Below, one piece after another: positions 1-13,279 of a stretch of 64,000 bases of DNA. A program made the translations under genes and the position numbers. The notes below the pieces were generated by a model. That model did no database searches. It was not told where the DNA came from and was given only the letters and a program-made list of their open reading frames with translations. The stretch comes from Okamejei kenojei (lineage: Eukaryota), in the NCBI GenBank assembly GCA_035221665.1, contig CM069141.1, forward strand, positions 67,890,001 to 67,954,000, given 5' to 3'. Position 1 is the stretch's first letter. Every line of letters starts with the position of its first letter.

Positions 1-44
1 ATGTCAGACTCAAGGGCACTGCATTAATATGAGAGGAACCAAGT

Positions 45-360
45 CTAAAAGAGATGTGTGGGGAGAGTGGTGGATGCATGGAATATGCTGCCTGTGATGG
101 TGGTGGAAGAAGATATGATAGTGGCATTAAGAAAGCTTTTTAGATGGCATATGGATCTGCAGAGAATGGAGAGAAATGGATTATGGAAACATAGAAAATA
201 GGTGCAGGAGTAGGCCATTTGGCCCTTCGAGCCTGCACCACCATTCAATATGATCATGGCTGATCATGTGCAGGCGGAAGAGGTTAGTATGACTTGGCAT
301 CATGCTTGACATGGACATTGTATGTCAAAGGGTCTGTTTCTGTGTTGTACTGTTCTATGT
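45..360 (+). mobile_element. Old CR1-type LINE 3' end, interrupted by a young CR1 tail in reverse orientation (~186-265)
   Basis: Contains the agagtggtggatgcatggaat...tttagatggcatatggat 3'-end motif. The inner segment is the reverse complement of the atgatcatattgaatgg...gggccgaatggcctactcctgcacct tail. Confidence 0.7.
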
Positions 361-1124
361 GCATGTGTTATGCATTTACTCTTAGTCAGAGGATAAGCAA
401 GAGCAGGGGAAATGATTTGACCAACATACAATTTTAAAATATGCTTTTTTTTTTAACATTCACAGGTTTCAACATCTAATTACCAGTTTCTCTATTTGAA
501 TTTTTTTTAATTCATAATTTTTAACATAATGTCATTAATAAAGTAAAAGACATTTAAAATCGTATACAAACAAGCAGAGTGAACATGGTATAATGCAATT
601 TTGTTTTTTTTCTGAATATTAGTTTGTTGAGGATGTAATGAGCAAAGTGGATAAGAGAGAACCAACGGATGGAGCACATTTAGATTTGCAGACTAATATT
701 GAAAAGATGCAACATAAACTGTTGGTACAAGAATTATGACACAGAGGTACATTTTTAGAATGGATAGAGTGTTTGTCAAATAAATAGAATTTATACGTCA
801 TTTTCATGGGGGTAAAATGTAACCGGAAGAAAGGCACAGGCCTCAAATATTTACAATTCACTTGTACTGCAGCAAAAGCCGACAGAGGACGATGGGAAAA
901 CAAGTTATGCTGAAGTCACAAAGAGTATGGAAAGAATAACAATAGGTTCAGAGAGTGGGCAAACATATGGCAGATGGAGTGCAATATAACTTTATTGCCT
1001 TCGGTAGGAAGAATGACAAATATTAATTTTATTAAAAGGCAGTCACAATACTTAAAATATACATGACACAAATTCCATCTTCCCCATCATATTAGTGATG
1101 GAAGGTGACATCACCAGGGCCGTC

Positions 1125-1660
1125 AAGCAGCAGTTACCAACAGCATTTTATCGGACTGCATTACAGCATGGCTTGGGAACAGCTCCATCCAAGACCGCAA
1201 GAAATTGCAGAGTGGTGGCCCAGATGAATACACAAACCTACCTTCCTTGCATTGACTCCATCTACACTTCATGCTGTCTTGGCAAGGCAGCCAGCATAAT
1301 CAAGGACCAATTTCATCCCGGTCACTCCTCCTCCTCCTCCTCCACTCTCCCATCAGGTAAGAGGTACAGAAGTTTGAAAACACTTATCTCCAGATTCAGG
1401 GGTAGTTTCCTCACAGGAAACAGGCAACTGAACAGTTCTCTCATCATGCACGATCCTGAGCCATCTACCTCATTGGAGACCCTTAAACTATCTTAAATCA
1501 AACCATATTGGACTTCAATGTTATATCTTGCATTAAAGGTTGTACCTTTATCTGTGGACAGCTTGAATGTTTTTTCTTTGACCGGAGAGCATGCAAACAA
1601 AACCTTTTCACTATACCTTGGTACACGTGACAATAATAAACTAAATTGAACTAATTCAAG
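1125..1660 (+). mobile_element. Rex1/Babar-like LINE 3' fragment
   Basis: ORF 1095-1496 carries AASIIKDQFHPGH...LPSGKRYRSLKT...RFRGSF, the C-terminal motif also seen at 49213 and 36106. Ends in a ttcactatacc...gtgacaataataaac tail. Confidence 0.75.
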
Positions 1661-2008
1661 TTTCACCATTGGGCTCCAGACCTCAGAACATCTTAATATC
1701 ACCTTCTATACTCAATATCCTGCCAATGTACCAAAATCCTTCTAGAAAATACTGATCCCTGAGGAACAACACTAATTATAAGCTTCCAATCTGAAGAACA
1801 ACCTTCTACCATAACCCTCTGCTTCTTCCCATGAAGCCAATTCTCTATCCAGTCAGACAAAAATGCTGGAGAAACTCAGCGGGTGAGGCAGCAGATGTTG
1901 GATGGATGTCTATCCAGCATCTGCAGTTCCTTCTTAAACTCTCTATCCAGTCAGCTAGCTCTATCTGGATCCCATACTATCTAACCGACTTAGGTTTCTG
2001 AGGGTCCC

Positions 2009-2011
<3 letters not shown>

Positions 2012-2056
<45 letters not shown>
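2012..2056. repeat. (CT)n microsatellite
   Basis: Uninterrupted CT dinucleotide run. Confidence 0.95.
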
Positions 2057-2061
<5 letters not shown>

Positions 2062-2415
2062 CTGTTTTCCTTCACATGCTTAACATTTATTTGGCTTTTC
2101 CTTACTAGTATATGCCACAGTTCTCTTCTGCCCTTTTTATCCTGCTGATATCCTTCTTAAGTATGCTCATCCGTCATCAAAACTCCTCCAGGGATAAACT
2201 TAATCCCAGCTGCCGATACTTGTCCCATAACTCCTCCCTTTTCTTGACCAGAGATTCAATTGCTCTCATCAACCAAACTTGTTTACTCCCACATATCTTG
2301 CCGTTCGCTCCAACAGAAAGATGCCCACCTTAAATTCTTGTCATTACACTTTTAAAAGCATCCCACTGTCCAGACTTCCCTTTGCCCACAAACAACCTAC
2401 TCTAATTGCTATTGG

Positions 2416-2590
2416 GTTTAAGAGAGAGTTAGATAGAGCTCTAGGGGCTAGTGGAATCAAGGGATATGGGGAGAAGGCAGGCATGGGTTATTGATAGGGG
2501 ATGATCAGCCATGATCACAATGAATGGCGGTGCTGGCTCGAAGGGCCGAATGGCCTCCTCCTGCACCTATTTTCTAAGTCTATGTTTCTA
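2416..2590 (+). mobile_element. CR1/HER1-type LINE 3' tail fragment
   Basis: FKRELDRALGASGIKGYGEKAG, then the 3'UTR gggccgaatggcct hairpin and a ttcta(t/a)gt tail. Confidence 0.85.
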
Positions 2591-4699
2591 TCAACTTTAG
2601 CAAGTTCCTGTCGAATATCAAAGTTGGCCTTGCTCCAATTCAGAATTTTAATTTGTGGGCCTGCCGGGTCTTTTCTCCATAACTATTTTAATGCTAATAG
2701 AATAGTGGTCGCTGGTCCACAAAAGGCTTGCCCACAGACACTTGTCTTTCGCAACTTACAAAGAGTAGATAAAGCTTTGCCCTCTCCCTTGTAGGGCCCT
2801 CTATATATTGACAGAGGATATTTTCCTGAACACATTAAATAAATTCTACCCAAACTCCTTGTCACTATACCAGTCCCATTCTACATTAGGAAAGTCAAAA
2901 TTCCATACTATAACAACCTTTTTATACTTGCAGCTGCCTCTAATCTCCAGGCAATTTGTTCTATTTCCTGTTGATTATTTGGGGGTCTATTGTATACTCC
3001 CAACAAGATGATCACCCCCTTTTTATTTCCTAGCTCCACCCATATATAACCTCACTGGATGAACTAACTGTCCCGCATTTGATCCAGCCTCTCAATTGCC
3101 TCATTCCTGCCTCCCCTGCCAATCTAGTTAAAAACCCAACTGTGTAGCACGAGCAAGCCTGCCTGCCTGCCAGGATATTTGCTCCGCTCCAGTTCAGGTG
3201 CAACCCATCTCTTCAGTACAGGTCACCTCAGCCCAGGAAGAGTTATCAAAGGTCCAAAAAAACAAAACCCCTGCCCACTGCACCAACTCCTCGGCCATGC
3301 GTTCATTTGTACTAACTTCCTATTCCTACCCAGATGACCTCGATGCAGCTTCAGTTCCCCGATGCGGCCTGCAAGGAGCTGAAACCAGGATACAATTCCC
3401 ACAATTCCCTCATCGGGGACACCTGCAAATTCCCAGAATTCCTGCAGGAGGAAAACTGCACCATTCCACCTGCGTTCACTGCTGCACTAAAACCTAGAGG
3501 GAAAAAAAGCAAAAAAGAATCTCACACAAGAAAAACCAGACTGAATCTTTACCTTCTATCCCCCTCTGCTCTGCCTCCTCGCCAAAGCCTCACACTTACC
3601 TCCAACACAGCACCACCTCCTCCAAGCAACCTCTCCCCCAACATGGCAGTTCCGCAACATCTTGCTTTCTTTTTATTAACTGCTCAATTTGACAATTTTG
3701 ATCACTCAGCCAATCTTTTCTTGAGGTTGTGACATCGAGCCTGTCTTTTGAAATCTCCCGCTACTGCACCGACACAAAGACTCACTCAACCAATCCAATG
3801 ACTGCCTTTCTCAAACAATGATCGGCAGATCAGTAGGATTTGTGAAGATTATAGCTGAAGCACCTCTACATTAAAACAATGGAATAAAATGTACTGATGA
3901 AGGCTCAATAACTTTTAAGTGTTATTTTTTCCCTAAGGTTTCAAGTAATTTAAAATTTTAATCACAATTAATCATGTAATTAAATATAATTGCAAGTTAA
4001 TTGTGGTTTTAATTGCACAGTAAACCAACAACAGGATACTAATCCCCTTTAATGGTCTAATGGGAAACATTTTGCCTCTAAATTTAAATGAACCAGAAAA
4101 AGCTGTTTTGGCTTTATAATCTCTACTGATGCAATTTAAAAGTTATCAAGAAGTTAGATCTGTCTATAGGCTTGAAGCTCCCTTTCTCTTTCTCTTGCAT
4201 CTTTCCTCTTAAATACCCCCCAATTTCATCTGCATCACCACTGGTAAATGCACGGCCGAGTGAGACTTACTGCTAAACCTATATAACAGATTTATACTGG
4301 CAGAGATATTCGAAGGGGGAAGGAACATGGAGACAGAATAATGGAAGCAAGGAACCCATCTACACCACTCTGAGTGATCACTGCTCAAATCCCTACCTAG
4401 TCTGGGGACTGATAATCAACCAAAGTCAGTTCAAGACAATACAATGCTTGAGATTCAATTCTGCATCTGGTGAGGCCGCAAACGGTGAACATAACAAGTT
4501 ACCTCTCAGTCTCAATGCCAGCAAAGCCACAGCTAAACCTGGTCCTATCCCAAGTCCATGTCATGTGAACACAACGCTATTCAAATTACTCTTAAGCTTC
4601 AGTAAAATGAGCTAAATCTGAGTGCCATTTTACAGTTTCCTATTTAGGAAAAAGTTGAATCTTTGTTCATCTCCCCTTTCCACTGCAAGCTTTTACACC

Positions 4700-4730
<31 letters not shown>

Positions 4731-5039
4731 ACACTTCAACCTTTCTCCTTACCCCCTCTCTCAAAACGTGTTTGCCCAACTATCCAAATGGTGCTGACTT
4801 TTAGTGAACATTTCACAGCAAACTGGGCTTTGAATGTTATAATTCGAAACCCAAAATACTAAAGCTTCGCAATAACAAGGAGAATATACCAAAGACCCTG
4901 TTATAATGGATTTTGGTTATAGCGGACCCAACGTGCTGTAAACAGAGTTTGCTGTTTCATGCAATGACCATTTGGTGGATGAGCAAGTCTTGGTTTAGTT
5001 TAGTTTTGAGATACAGATATTGTACATTGATGTGTTCAC

Positions 5040-5839
5040 TTCCCCTTGTCCTCACCTTCCACCCTACCAGCCGTAACATACAACAGATAATCCTTCGACA
5101 TTTTCGGCACCTCCAACGGGATCCCACCACTGGCCACATCTTCCCATCTCCTCCCCTTTTGACTTTCCACAGAGACCACTCCCTCCGTAACTCCTTGGTC
5201 AATTCGTCCCTTCCCACCCAAACCACCCCCTCCCCTGGTACTTTCTCTTGCGACTGCAGGAAATGCTACACTTGTCGCTCTACCTCCCCCCTCGACTCCA
5301 TCCAAGGACCCAAGCAGTCATTCCAGGTGAGGCAGACGTTCACCTGCACCTCCTCCAACCTCATCTATTGCATCCGCTGCTCTAGGTGTCAACTGCTCTA
5401 CATCGGTGAGACCAAGCGCAGGCTTGGCGATCGCTTCACCCAACACCTCTGCTCAGTTCGCATTAACCAACCTGATCTCCCGGTGGCTCAGCACTTCAAC
5501 TCCCCCTCCCATTCCGAATCCGACCATTCTGTCCTGGACCTCCTCTATGATCAGAGTGAGTCCCACTGCAAATTGGAGGAGCAGCACCTCATATTTCGCT
5601 TGGGGAGTTTACACCCCAGCTGTATGAACATTGACCTCCAATTTCAGGTAGTCCTTGCTTTCTCCCTCCTTCCCCTCCCTTTCCCAGCTCTACCACAGCC
5701 TACTGTGTCCCCCTCTTCCTTTCTTCTTCCCCCCCCACACCTCAGTCTGAAGAAGGGTCTCGACCCGAAACGTCACCTATTCCTTTGTTCCATAGATGCT
5801 GCCTCACCCGCTGAGTTTACCCAGCATTTTTGTCTACCT
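5040..5839 (+). mobile_element. Penelope-like retroelement, 5'-truncated (GIY-YIG endonuclease + 3' terminal repeat)
   Basis: ORF 4913-5884 contains FTCTSSNLIYCIRCSRCQLLYIGETKRRLGDRF..H (GIY-YIG with upstream CxxKCxTC). Hammerhead motif at 5747-5774. Imperfect flanking repeat ttgtaca(t/a)tgatgt at 5020-5033 and 5840-5853. Confidence 0.9.
5747..5774 (+). ncRNA. Minimal type-I hammerhead ribozyme motif (Penelope terminal repeat)
   Basis: CTGAAGA-A-[GGGT CTCG ACCC]-GAAA-CGTC: complete core, helix II, palindromic ACGT in place of helix III, GUC triplet. Helix I is weak (2 bp) in this copy. Confidence 0.7.
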
Positions 5840-5877
5840 TTGTACAATGATGTTGCTCTGTTTCTTCTACTGTCCTT

Positions 5878-6965
5878 ATTATAATCATAATCATACTTTA
5901 TTAGCCAAGTATGTTTTGCAAGATAAGAGGAATTTGATTTGCCATCCAGTCATACCAATAAAAAGCAACAAAACACACAAAATACATTTTAACATAAACA
6001 TCCACCACAGTGACTCCTCCTCATTCCTCACTGTGATGGAAGGCAAAAAAGTTCAAAATCTTCCCTTCTTTGTCCTCCCACGATCGGGAGCCTCGAGGGG
6101 CGATCACTGGAGTTTAGAAGGATGAGGGGATATCTTATAGAAACATATAACATTATAAATGGACTGGACAAGCTAGATGGAGGAAACATGTTCCAATGTT
6201 GGGTGAGTCCAGAACCAGGGGCCACAGTCTTAGAATAAAAGGGAGGTCATTTAAGACTGAGGTGAGAAAAAAAAGAGAGTTAGATAGAGCTCTAGGGGCT
6301 AGTGGAGTCAAGGGATATGGGGAGAAGGCAGGCACGGGTTATTGATAGGGGACGATCAGCCATGATCACAATGAATGGCAGTGCTGGCTCGAAGGGTCGA
6401 ATGGCCTCCTCCTGCACCTATTTTCTATGTTTCTATGATCTTGGCTCCCGTAGCCAGCTGTCGGGCCCTCCACATCGGGGTGATCAACCTGTCGCATCGG
6501 GGGGATCTCAGCTCCCCCGTGCCAGGCGATCAGGCCCCGGGTCGGGGCTGGTCGAGCCTCTTGCAACTCTGGAGCTTCCTGACATCAGTCTCTACCCGAG
6601 ACTGCGAGGTCCTCGATGTTGGAGCGTTGCCGTGGTTGGAGCGTCGATCCCAGGCAAGGGATCGCAGGCTACGATGGTAAGTCCACGGCCCCATGTTGGG
6701 CTCAAAGTCATTCTCGAGCATGGCCGCCAGCACCATGATGTTTGACCGCAGAGCGACAGAAGATATGATCCAGGAAGAGAAAAAAAAAATCACATCTCCG
6801 GCAAGGTAAGAGATTTAAAAAAGTTCCCCTCGACCTCCTCCCCCACATTAAACAAACCAGAGAACATTGACACATACTTTTTAAAACACACTAAAAATAA
6901 CAAAAAAGACGAAAAGACAGACAGACCGTTGGCGAGGCTGCCATCGCTGACGGCGCCACCCGGTG
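5878..6965 (-). mobile_element. GC-rich non-autonomous non-LTR retro-element, interrupted by a CR1 fragment
   Basis: Minus strand starts CCGGGTGGCGCCGTCAGCGATGGCAGCCTCGCC, has a hairpin at 6001-6040 and ends AATAAAGT(ATGATT)n. Related to 15665-16492 and 46276-47069. Confidence 0.7.
6104..6438 (+). mobile_element. CR1 LINE 3' fragment, internally deleted
   Basis: SLEFRRMRGYLIETY...MLGESRTRGHSLRI followed by the standard 3'UTR and ttctatgt tail. Confidence 0.9.
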
Positions 6966-7096
6966 TTACTGTACAAATAAAAGCGTTTTAAGTAGTTAGG
7001 AGAACTACACATTTAAAAAGTGTTTTTTAATCATTTTAGATTAGTTTAGAGATACAATGTGGGAACACCGAGTCCATGCTGAACAGCGATCACCCT

Positions 7097-7230
7097 TATG
7101 GGTTTGTCCGACTTAGGCGACTCTTTAGGTGACAGCCAGGGATTAGTTTTAATGGAATTCACCTACGGCACATGGGGACAACCTACGACAACTACCTACG
7201 ACCGCAAAAATTGTCGCCTTGCCGTCCCAA
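7097..7230 (+). mobile_element. Fragment of MITE related to the GGGCCTGTCCCACTT-TIR family
   Basis: Begins gggtttgtccgacttaggcga (compare TIR at 30770) and has internal cctacga repeats. Confidence 0.5.
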
Positions 7231-8473
7231 GGTACTGTGCGTGTTTTGCCCTGACTGTTTATTATGTAGTGTATGTTTACTGGCTGTTTTTCCATTAGTA
7301 CTGTACATATTAACCCCCTTATTCCATTATAGTAGACAATCAGTAATAAGTGATACCATCTCCCCTCTGTATAGTCCATTATAGTAAGGGTTTACAGTAC
7401 TCATGCCTATTGCCTTGTTTTAGCTATGAACCCACTAGAGTTGTCTCGTCTCGAACCAAATTCCTCTTGGAACGACTCTCGTTTGTCTCCATGTCTGGTA
7501 TAGTAAGATATCAGATAACCTATTCTTTTCCTAAATTGTAAATAGGACACCACAGATTTTCAATACCTTTTTTTTTCATTTATAATATCCATTTCAAGGT
7601 GCTCATATTTGTCCAACTATTACTTTTCCTCATGTTACTGTGAAGACTACATTTTATTATAACTTGCTAGTGTTTTTTTGAGAGTCCAACCTTTGTATTA
7701 CTCTTACTATCCATTTTTGCGCATTGGGATGTCAAACAGATTGGTTGTTTAAGTCGCTGACATGCTCCACCTTCGAAGCGACAGCAGGTGTGAAGGGAGG
7801 GAGCCCCATGGTAACCGAGGGGGGTCAAACTGAAACCCAAAGTGTTGGAGTAAATCCGCTGCATGAATCAGTCTGAGGAAGGGTCCGGATGACACCCATC
7901 CAGAGATCCTGGCCCACTGAATAACTCCAGCACTTGGTGTCCTTATGGTGGGTGAAGAAGGGCTCACTGGTCTACCTTGCGAGTCGGGAGTAGAGACGGT
8001 ACCAGGGCCTCTAAACTATTGTGGAGACGGTGCGAGCCAGCGATGGGTTAGCAGGTTATTCCATGCACATTCAGGTTACATTATATATTTGTTTTGTTTT
8101 TTAAAGTTTCTGACACTCCATGCCACTTTAGAGACAAGGGAGGAGTTTCATTAGCAGGTCAAGGATGTATTTTTGTTTTATTATGACATGACCTCTGTTA
8201 GTCCAGAAAAATTGATAATCCAGAAAGGCTCTGAAACCGAGGATGCTGGAAAATCTGTGTTCAACCTGTAATATGAAATGGAAAGGGATGGCATAATATT
8301 AATGGAACAACTTTGCAACTTAAACATCAGTGCAATTAGATAGCAGAGTTATTACACTTTAAACAAGTGATAAATTATGAAGGGACAATAAATGCTTTTC
8401 AGAAAGCCAACGTGCAATGGACCAAATCTGCCACTTCAATTTGCAAGGTACATGAATTGTAAGCCTGTCTTAC

Positions 8474-8656
8474 TTGTTTCTTGAAGCTCCAAGTGCTAGA
8501 ACAATTGGATCAGCAATTTCTAACATTGACTGAAGAATGGAAGCTACCACAATAAAGAGGATGATGCTCAGCAGAAAGGCTCGATGCACAACCTGTAATT
8601 CAATCAGGCCAGTCTGTACAGCTAGGATCAGCAATGTGATACCTTCAGTCATCCCT
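8474..8656 (-). CDS. RNF145: RNF145 internal coding exon (183 bp; last one present in window)
   Basis: (R)GMTEGITLLILAVQTGLIELQVVHRAFLLSIILFIVVASILQSMLEIADPIVLALGASRN(K). Acceptor ttttcag, donor GTAAGA. Confidence 0.97.
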
Positions 8657-9532
8657 CTGAAAAATTAAAAATAAAATCTCTCAGTATAAATGTAATACCT
8701 AATGTGCTTCTCGTCCTAACAACAGTTGATACTTTTTTGGAAGTTAAAAAAGATTTGAGATGAAGCAAAAAGATTACCAGATATGTTACAAACATTCGAA
8801 TTTTAAAAAAAACTTAGTTTAATTTTGCTTAATAATACGGTGAGACTTCCATCAATGTGAGCAATACTCATTGTCATAACTGGTTAAGCTGGATTTCCAA
8901 TCTCAACTCTATGGCAAGGCTCTCAACAAGACCTTAGTTCTCAGTTTGCCCAAAGGAATAGTGAGAGGGCTTCCTTTAGGTCTAATAAATCCCCGGCTCA
9001 TCATCTAGATCTTCCAGCATAAATGCTGTCATTGGCATGCTGCTACCAGACTAGGCAAGGAGCATAACCAAAAGGATAGTGGTGAGGAATTCCAAAGTAA
9101 GTTCGGAAATCATGCACAGTGTCACTTGGAACTTGTTTGATTTGTCAATCTGGTTCTTCCCCCATGTACATTATGTATTGCAGGTCTACCGCAATTTTTA
9201 AAAAATCAAAATGTGCTGAAAACATGATTGACTTGGAGGCAAACAGTTTCAGAAGCAACTGACTCTTATTGTAAAGATGCTTATAAGCTATCTCGGTGCT
9301 AAATTTCATTTTTGCACTCCAGAAATTTCCTGGTGCATCTTTGTCTTTCAGCAAGTGATTCTGTTCTTAGAAGGTTTAAGAAACTTCTTCAAATCATGTC
9401 TTATTGTTTGTGTTGATGTTACAAAAGTTAGAAAATCTCACCGGTACTTCTAGAAGGTTTTCCAAACAGTTAAAAGTAAATATTTTTAAAGCATATAACC
9501 TATTCACAGAACTTACATGTACGTGATCTCAC

Positions 9533-9673
9533 CTGTGCATTAGATTGTCATTCATGAAAGCACCATAACCTTGAAGGTAGAATTTGCAAAGTGTGAGGAC
9601 ACCCAGAGTAATGAAGGAGATTGTGAACATGAGGCCCAGCAAAGAATAGGGAGTGCTGCAACATTCTGCAATA
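9533..9673 (-). CDS. RNF145: RNF145 internal coding exon (141 bp; not shown in its true frame in the ORF track)
   Basis: Manual translation (S)IAECCSTPYSLLGLMFTISFITLGVLTLCKFYLQGYGAFMNDNLMH(R). Acceptor ttgcag, donor GTGAGA; phase 2-2. Confidence 0.96.
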
Positions 9674-10206
9674 CTGCAACAAAAACATTAGTTATTGAAT
9701 GACATTGAAAAGTTGCGACCTTTAATAATTCTGTCAGTAACACAAAAAACTGTCTAGAACGGTTTGTTCCAAAGTATTTACTTCTCTAGCAATGATTACA
9801 CTGGTTACAAGTGATAAATTTGTCTTAACAATTTTTAACTTGCATGCTGACCTCCCAACATTATTTCAAAAACATACGAGAAGGAAGAGACCAGGAGACA
9901 CAACAGTTAACAGTTGTGTGGTATTGCTAAATTGCTATTCACAAAATAGTTTATCTTAATAAATTAAAAATAATTTACCTTACTTAGTTGTTCTCTGCAA
10001 ACACTAGGCAAACTTGATTTTTTTTAATACAAAAACTTTTCCTATTAACTGCACTGTGTAGAACACATTTTGAATACTGTTCTAATTCTTTATTGGTAAT
10101 AATCTTCATCTTACCCTAATGAACTGACATTACACTCCAACAACATTAATTAAAATAAATGAGGCTAAACTATAAAATGGTTTTTCAAGTATGAAGAAAA
10201 TCATAC

Positions 10207-10382
10207 CTTGTAAGGAAGAGGAAGAGCAGCCTCTCACGAGATGTAGGGTGATCACGTGTACTGAAGTAAGAGTAGATCTGAAGGGCAAACAGGACTAGCC
10301 AGAAAACCATGAAGAGCACAGGGACAACCAATTGATTCCACAGAGACATTCCTAATGCCAACAGGCCATAAACTTCTACCAC
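10207..10382 (-). CDS. RNF145: RNF145 internal coding exon (176 bp)
   Basis: VVEVYGLLALGMSLWNQLVVPVLFMVFWLVLFALQIYSYFSTRDHPTSRERLLFLFLT(S). Acceptor cgcag, donor GTATGA. Confidence 0.97.
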
Positions 10383-10489
10383 CTGCGTGCAAGGAAGAGA
10401 TGAGAAAATAAGTGAAATTAGATCATACAGAGAACCTATTACCATATCACAGACATTCATGCTGGCTTTAGGCACAAGTCACGCATGTC

Positions 10490-10668
10490 AAAAGGACATA
10501 AAGTGCTGGAGAAACTGAGCTGGTCAGGCAGTATCGCTAGAGAACAATCTGAAGAAAGGTCTCAACCGATCCATGTTCTCCAGAGATACTGCCTAACTTG
10601 CTGAGTTATTTCAGTACTTTGTGTCCTTTTGTTTATTAAGCAGCATCTGCACTTCTTTATTTCTACCC
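10490..10668. mobile_element. Palindromic (head-to-head) Penelope terminal-repeat relic
   Basis: The arm aaaggacataaagtgctggagaaactgagc..gtcaggcagtatc is mirrored by gatactgcctaac..gctgagttatttcagtactttgtgtccttt. A truncated CTGAAGA motif lies at the centre. Confidence 0.7.
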
Positions 10669-11034
10669 ATATGCATTCAACATTAATTCATGCTCCATTA
10701 AGAATTGTAATACCACAATTACATTTTAATGATAATATTTTCAAATAAATCTTAGTATTCCACTCAACTCAGTCGTTTTGTTAAATTTACAAAAATCGTG
10801 AGCAACCACAACATCATGTAACCAATAAAAGGCAAAGTTTGCACCTAATAAATTTGTATGGTACAAGGACAGAATGGAACATTTAAGTATCGTTGCTCAT
10901 GTAAAACTGAATGCTTTTGAGAGTTTTGGATTGAAAAATATTATGGTAGAAGTAGACAAAAACTCATTTATTTCTTCAACACGGATGCCGACAGAGAAGT
11001 GGCAATTTTTTTTGTTCCACTGATGTTCCACTTT

Positions 11035-13279
11035 TTAGGAAAGGTGGGAGAGAGAAAACAGGGAATTATAGACCAGTTAGCCTGACATCGGTGGTGGGGA
11101 AGATGCTGGAGTCATAAAAGATGAGATAGCCGAACATTTGGATGGCAGTAACAGGATCGGTCCTAGTCAGCATGGATTTACGAAGGGGAAATCATGCTTG
11201 ACTAATCTTCTGGAATTTTTTGAAGATGTAACTTGGAAAATGGACAAGGGAGAGCCAGTGGATGTAGTGTACCTGGACTTTCAGAAAGTATTTGATATGG
11301 TCCCACATAGGAGATTAATGGGCACATGGTAGTTGGGGGTAGAGTGCTGACATGGATAGAAAAGTAGTTGACAGACAGGAAACAAAGAGTAGGGATTAAC
11401 GGGTCCCTTTCAGAATGGCAGGCAGTGACTAGTGGGGTACCACAAGGATCGGTGCTGGGACCACAGCTATTTACAATATACATCAACGATTTGGATGAAG
11501 GGATTCAAAGTAACATTAGCAAATTTGCAGATGACACAAAGCTGGGTGGCAGTGTGAACTTTGAGGAGGATGCTATGAGAATGCAGGGTGACTTGGACAA
11601 GTTGGGGGCAGATGAAGTTTAATGTGGATAAATGTGCGGTTATCCACTTTGGTAGCAAAAACAGGAAGGCAACCACTGCTCATTAAATGCCAGACATTCC
11701 CTGATACAATTTAAAGTTTTACATAGATTACACTTTTCGAAATCCAAATTAAACAGAATTTTTTCAAATGTTTCTGCTATATGTGATAAATGTCAGCATT
11801 TAGCTAATCTAATGCATTCATTCACGAAATGTATAAAAATTACTAATTTTTGGATAGAAATTTTTAACATAATCTCGAAAGCAGTTAATGCAGATTTGAC
11901 TCCAGACTCAAAATTAATCATATTAGGAATAATAGAAACGGATCATCTACTAACAACACAGCAAATAATTTTTATTGGTTATAGTTTAATAATCGGTAAA
12001 AAACTAATACTGAGATTTTGGAAAGGTCCTACATCCCCCTCAATCAAAATGTGGATTACAGAAATGTCAGAGACACTTCATCTGGAAAGACTAAGACTTG
12101 TCCTTTTGGACAAGCTAGATCAATTCAGAGGAATATGGTCTCCATTTATTGAAAACTTAAAGGGTCAAGGAGGTCCGGTTTGAGGGCCTGACTGAAGCCT
12201 GAATGAAGGAATGGATGAAGAACTATATACAATAGACCACGCATATATCTCCAATGAAGAACATCTTGCTTTATACTCCACTCATTTTATCGATTTTCTA
12301 CTTATATTTTATTTATTTTTATTATTTCGCTTTACTATTTTCTTTCTGTTATAAAATAATAAAAAATATAGAAGTATAAATAAGAATGACTGTAAACTTT
12401 AAAAATATTAAGAATGTATGTGACGAATAATATGTTTTTTCTTTTTTGATTTTATGTTATTCCCTCTTAATATGTATTTACTTCTAATAAAAATATTTTA
12501 CAAAAAAACCCCCAAAAAAACAGGAAGGTGGCGTCAAGTTGGGAAAAGGGGAAGTACAACGGGATCTGGGGGTCCTTGTACATCAGTCTATGAAAGTAAG
12601 CATGCAGATACAGCAGGCAGTGAAGAAAGAGAATGGCATGTTGGCCTTTATAACAAGAGGAATCGAATATGGGAGCAAAGAGGTCCTTCTGCAGTTGTAC
12701 AGAGGCCTAGTGAGACCACACCTGGAGTATTGTGTGCAGTTTAGGTCCCCTAATTTGAGGAAGGACATTCTTGCTATTGTGAGAGTGCAGCGTAGGTTTA
12801 CAAGGTTAATTCCCGGGATGCGGGACTGTCATATGCTGAGAGAATGGAGCACCTGGGCTTGTACACTCTGGAGTTTAGAAGGATGAGAGGATATCTCATT
12901 GAAACATATAAGATTGTTAAGGGCTTGGACACGCTAGAGGCAGGAAATATCAAGTTCCCGATGTTGGGAGAGTCCAGAACCAGGGGCCACAGTTTAAGAA
13001 TAAGGCGTAAGCTATTTAGAACGGAGACGAGGAAACACTTTTTCTCACAGAGAGTGGTGAGTCTGTGAAATTCTCTGCCTCAGAGAGCAGTGGAGGCAGG
13101 TTCTCTGGAGGCTTTCAAGAAAGAGCTAGATAGGGTTCTTAAAAATAGCAGAGTCAGGGGATATGGGGAGAAGGCAGGAACGGGGGTACAGGTTGGGGAT
13201 GATCAGCCATGATCACATTGAATGGCGGTGCTGGCTCGAAGGACCGAATGGCCTACTCCTGCACCTATTGTCTATTGAT
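11035..13279 (+). mobile_element. CR1 LINE ORF2 (RT) 3' half, degenerate, split by an L1-type insertion
   Basis: [61 protein letters not shown] and the 3'UTR are present, with stops and frameshifts. Confidence 0.92.
11670..12515 (+). mobile_element. L1-clade LINE 3' fragment with target-site duplication
   Basis: LIQFKVLHRLH..CDKC..HSF..C...FW (ORF2 C-terminal cysteine-rich region), then AATAAA and an A-rich tail. TSD aaaaacaggaagg at 11657-11669 and 12516-12528. Confidence 0.88.

Larger units (their letters stand above)
1715..3520 (-). mobile_element. Heavily decayed, internally deleted CR1 LINE (ORF1 remnant ~3300-3490, endonuclease and RT pieces), with younger insertions
   Basis: Minus strand gives RT-like sequence (gtgttgttcctcagggatcagt, 1750-1860). 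Near 3340-3470 there is an ORF1-like remnant (..FSSCR..GVPD..FQLLAGRIGELKL). Many stops and frameshifts. Confidence 0.5.

Noticed and set aside
6925-6965. HDV-like ribozyme at the 5' end of the GC-rich elements (CAGCCTCGC resemblance)
   Set aside because: I could not build the nested P1/P2/P3 double pseudoknot by eye in any of the three copies.
1-8470. Next RNF145 exon (SLWKHFRA...TSLQ) and RING exons
   Set aside because: Not found by visual scan; presumed to lie beyond the window start. A TBLASTN search would settle it.
9552-9743. ORF-track 63-aa ORF
   Set aside because: It is an alternative frame overlapping the true RNF145 exon 9533-9673.
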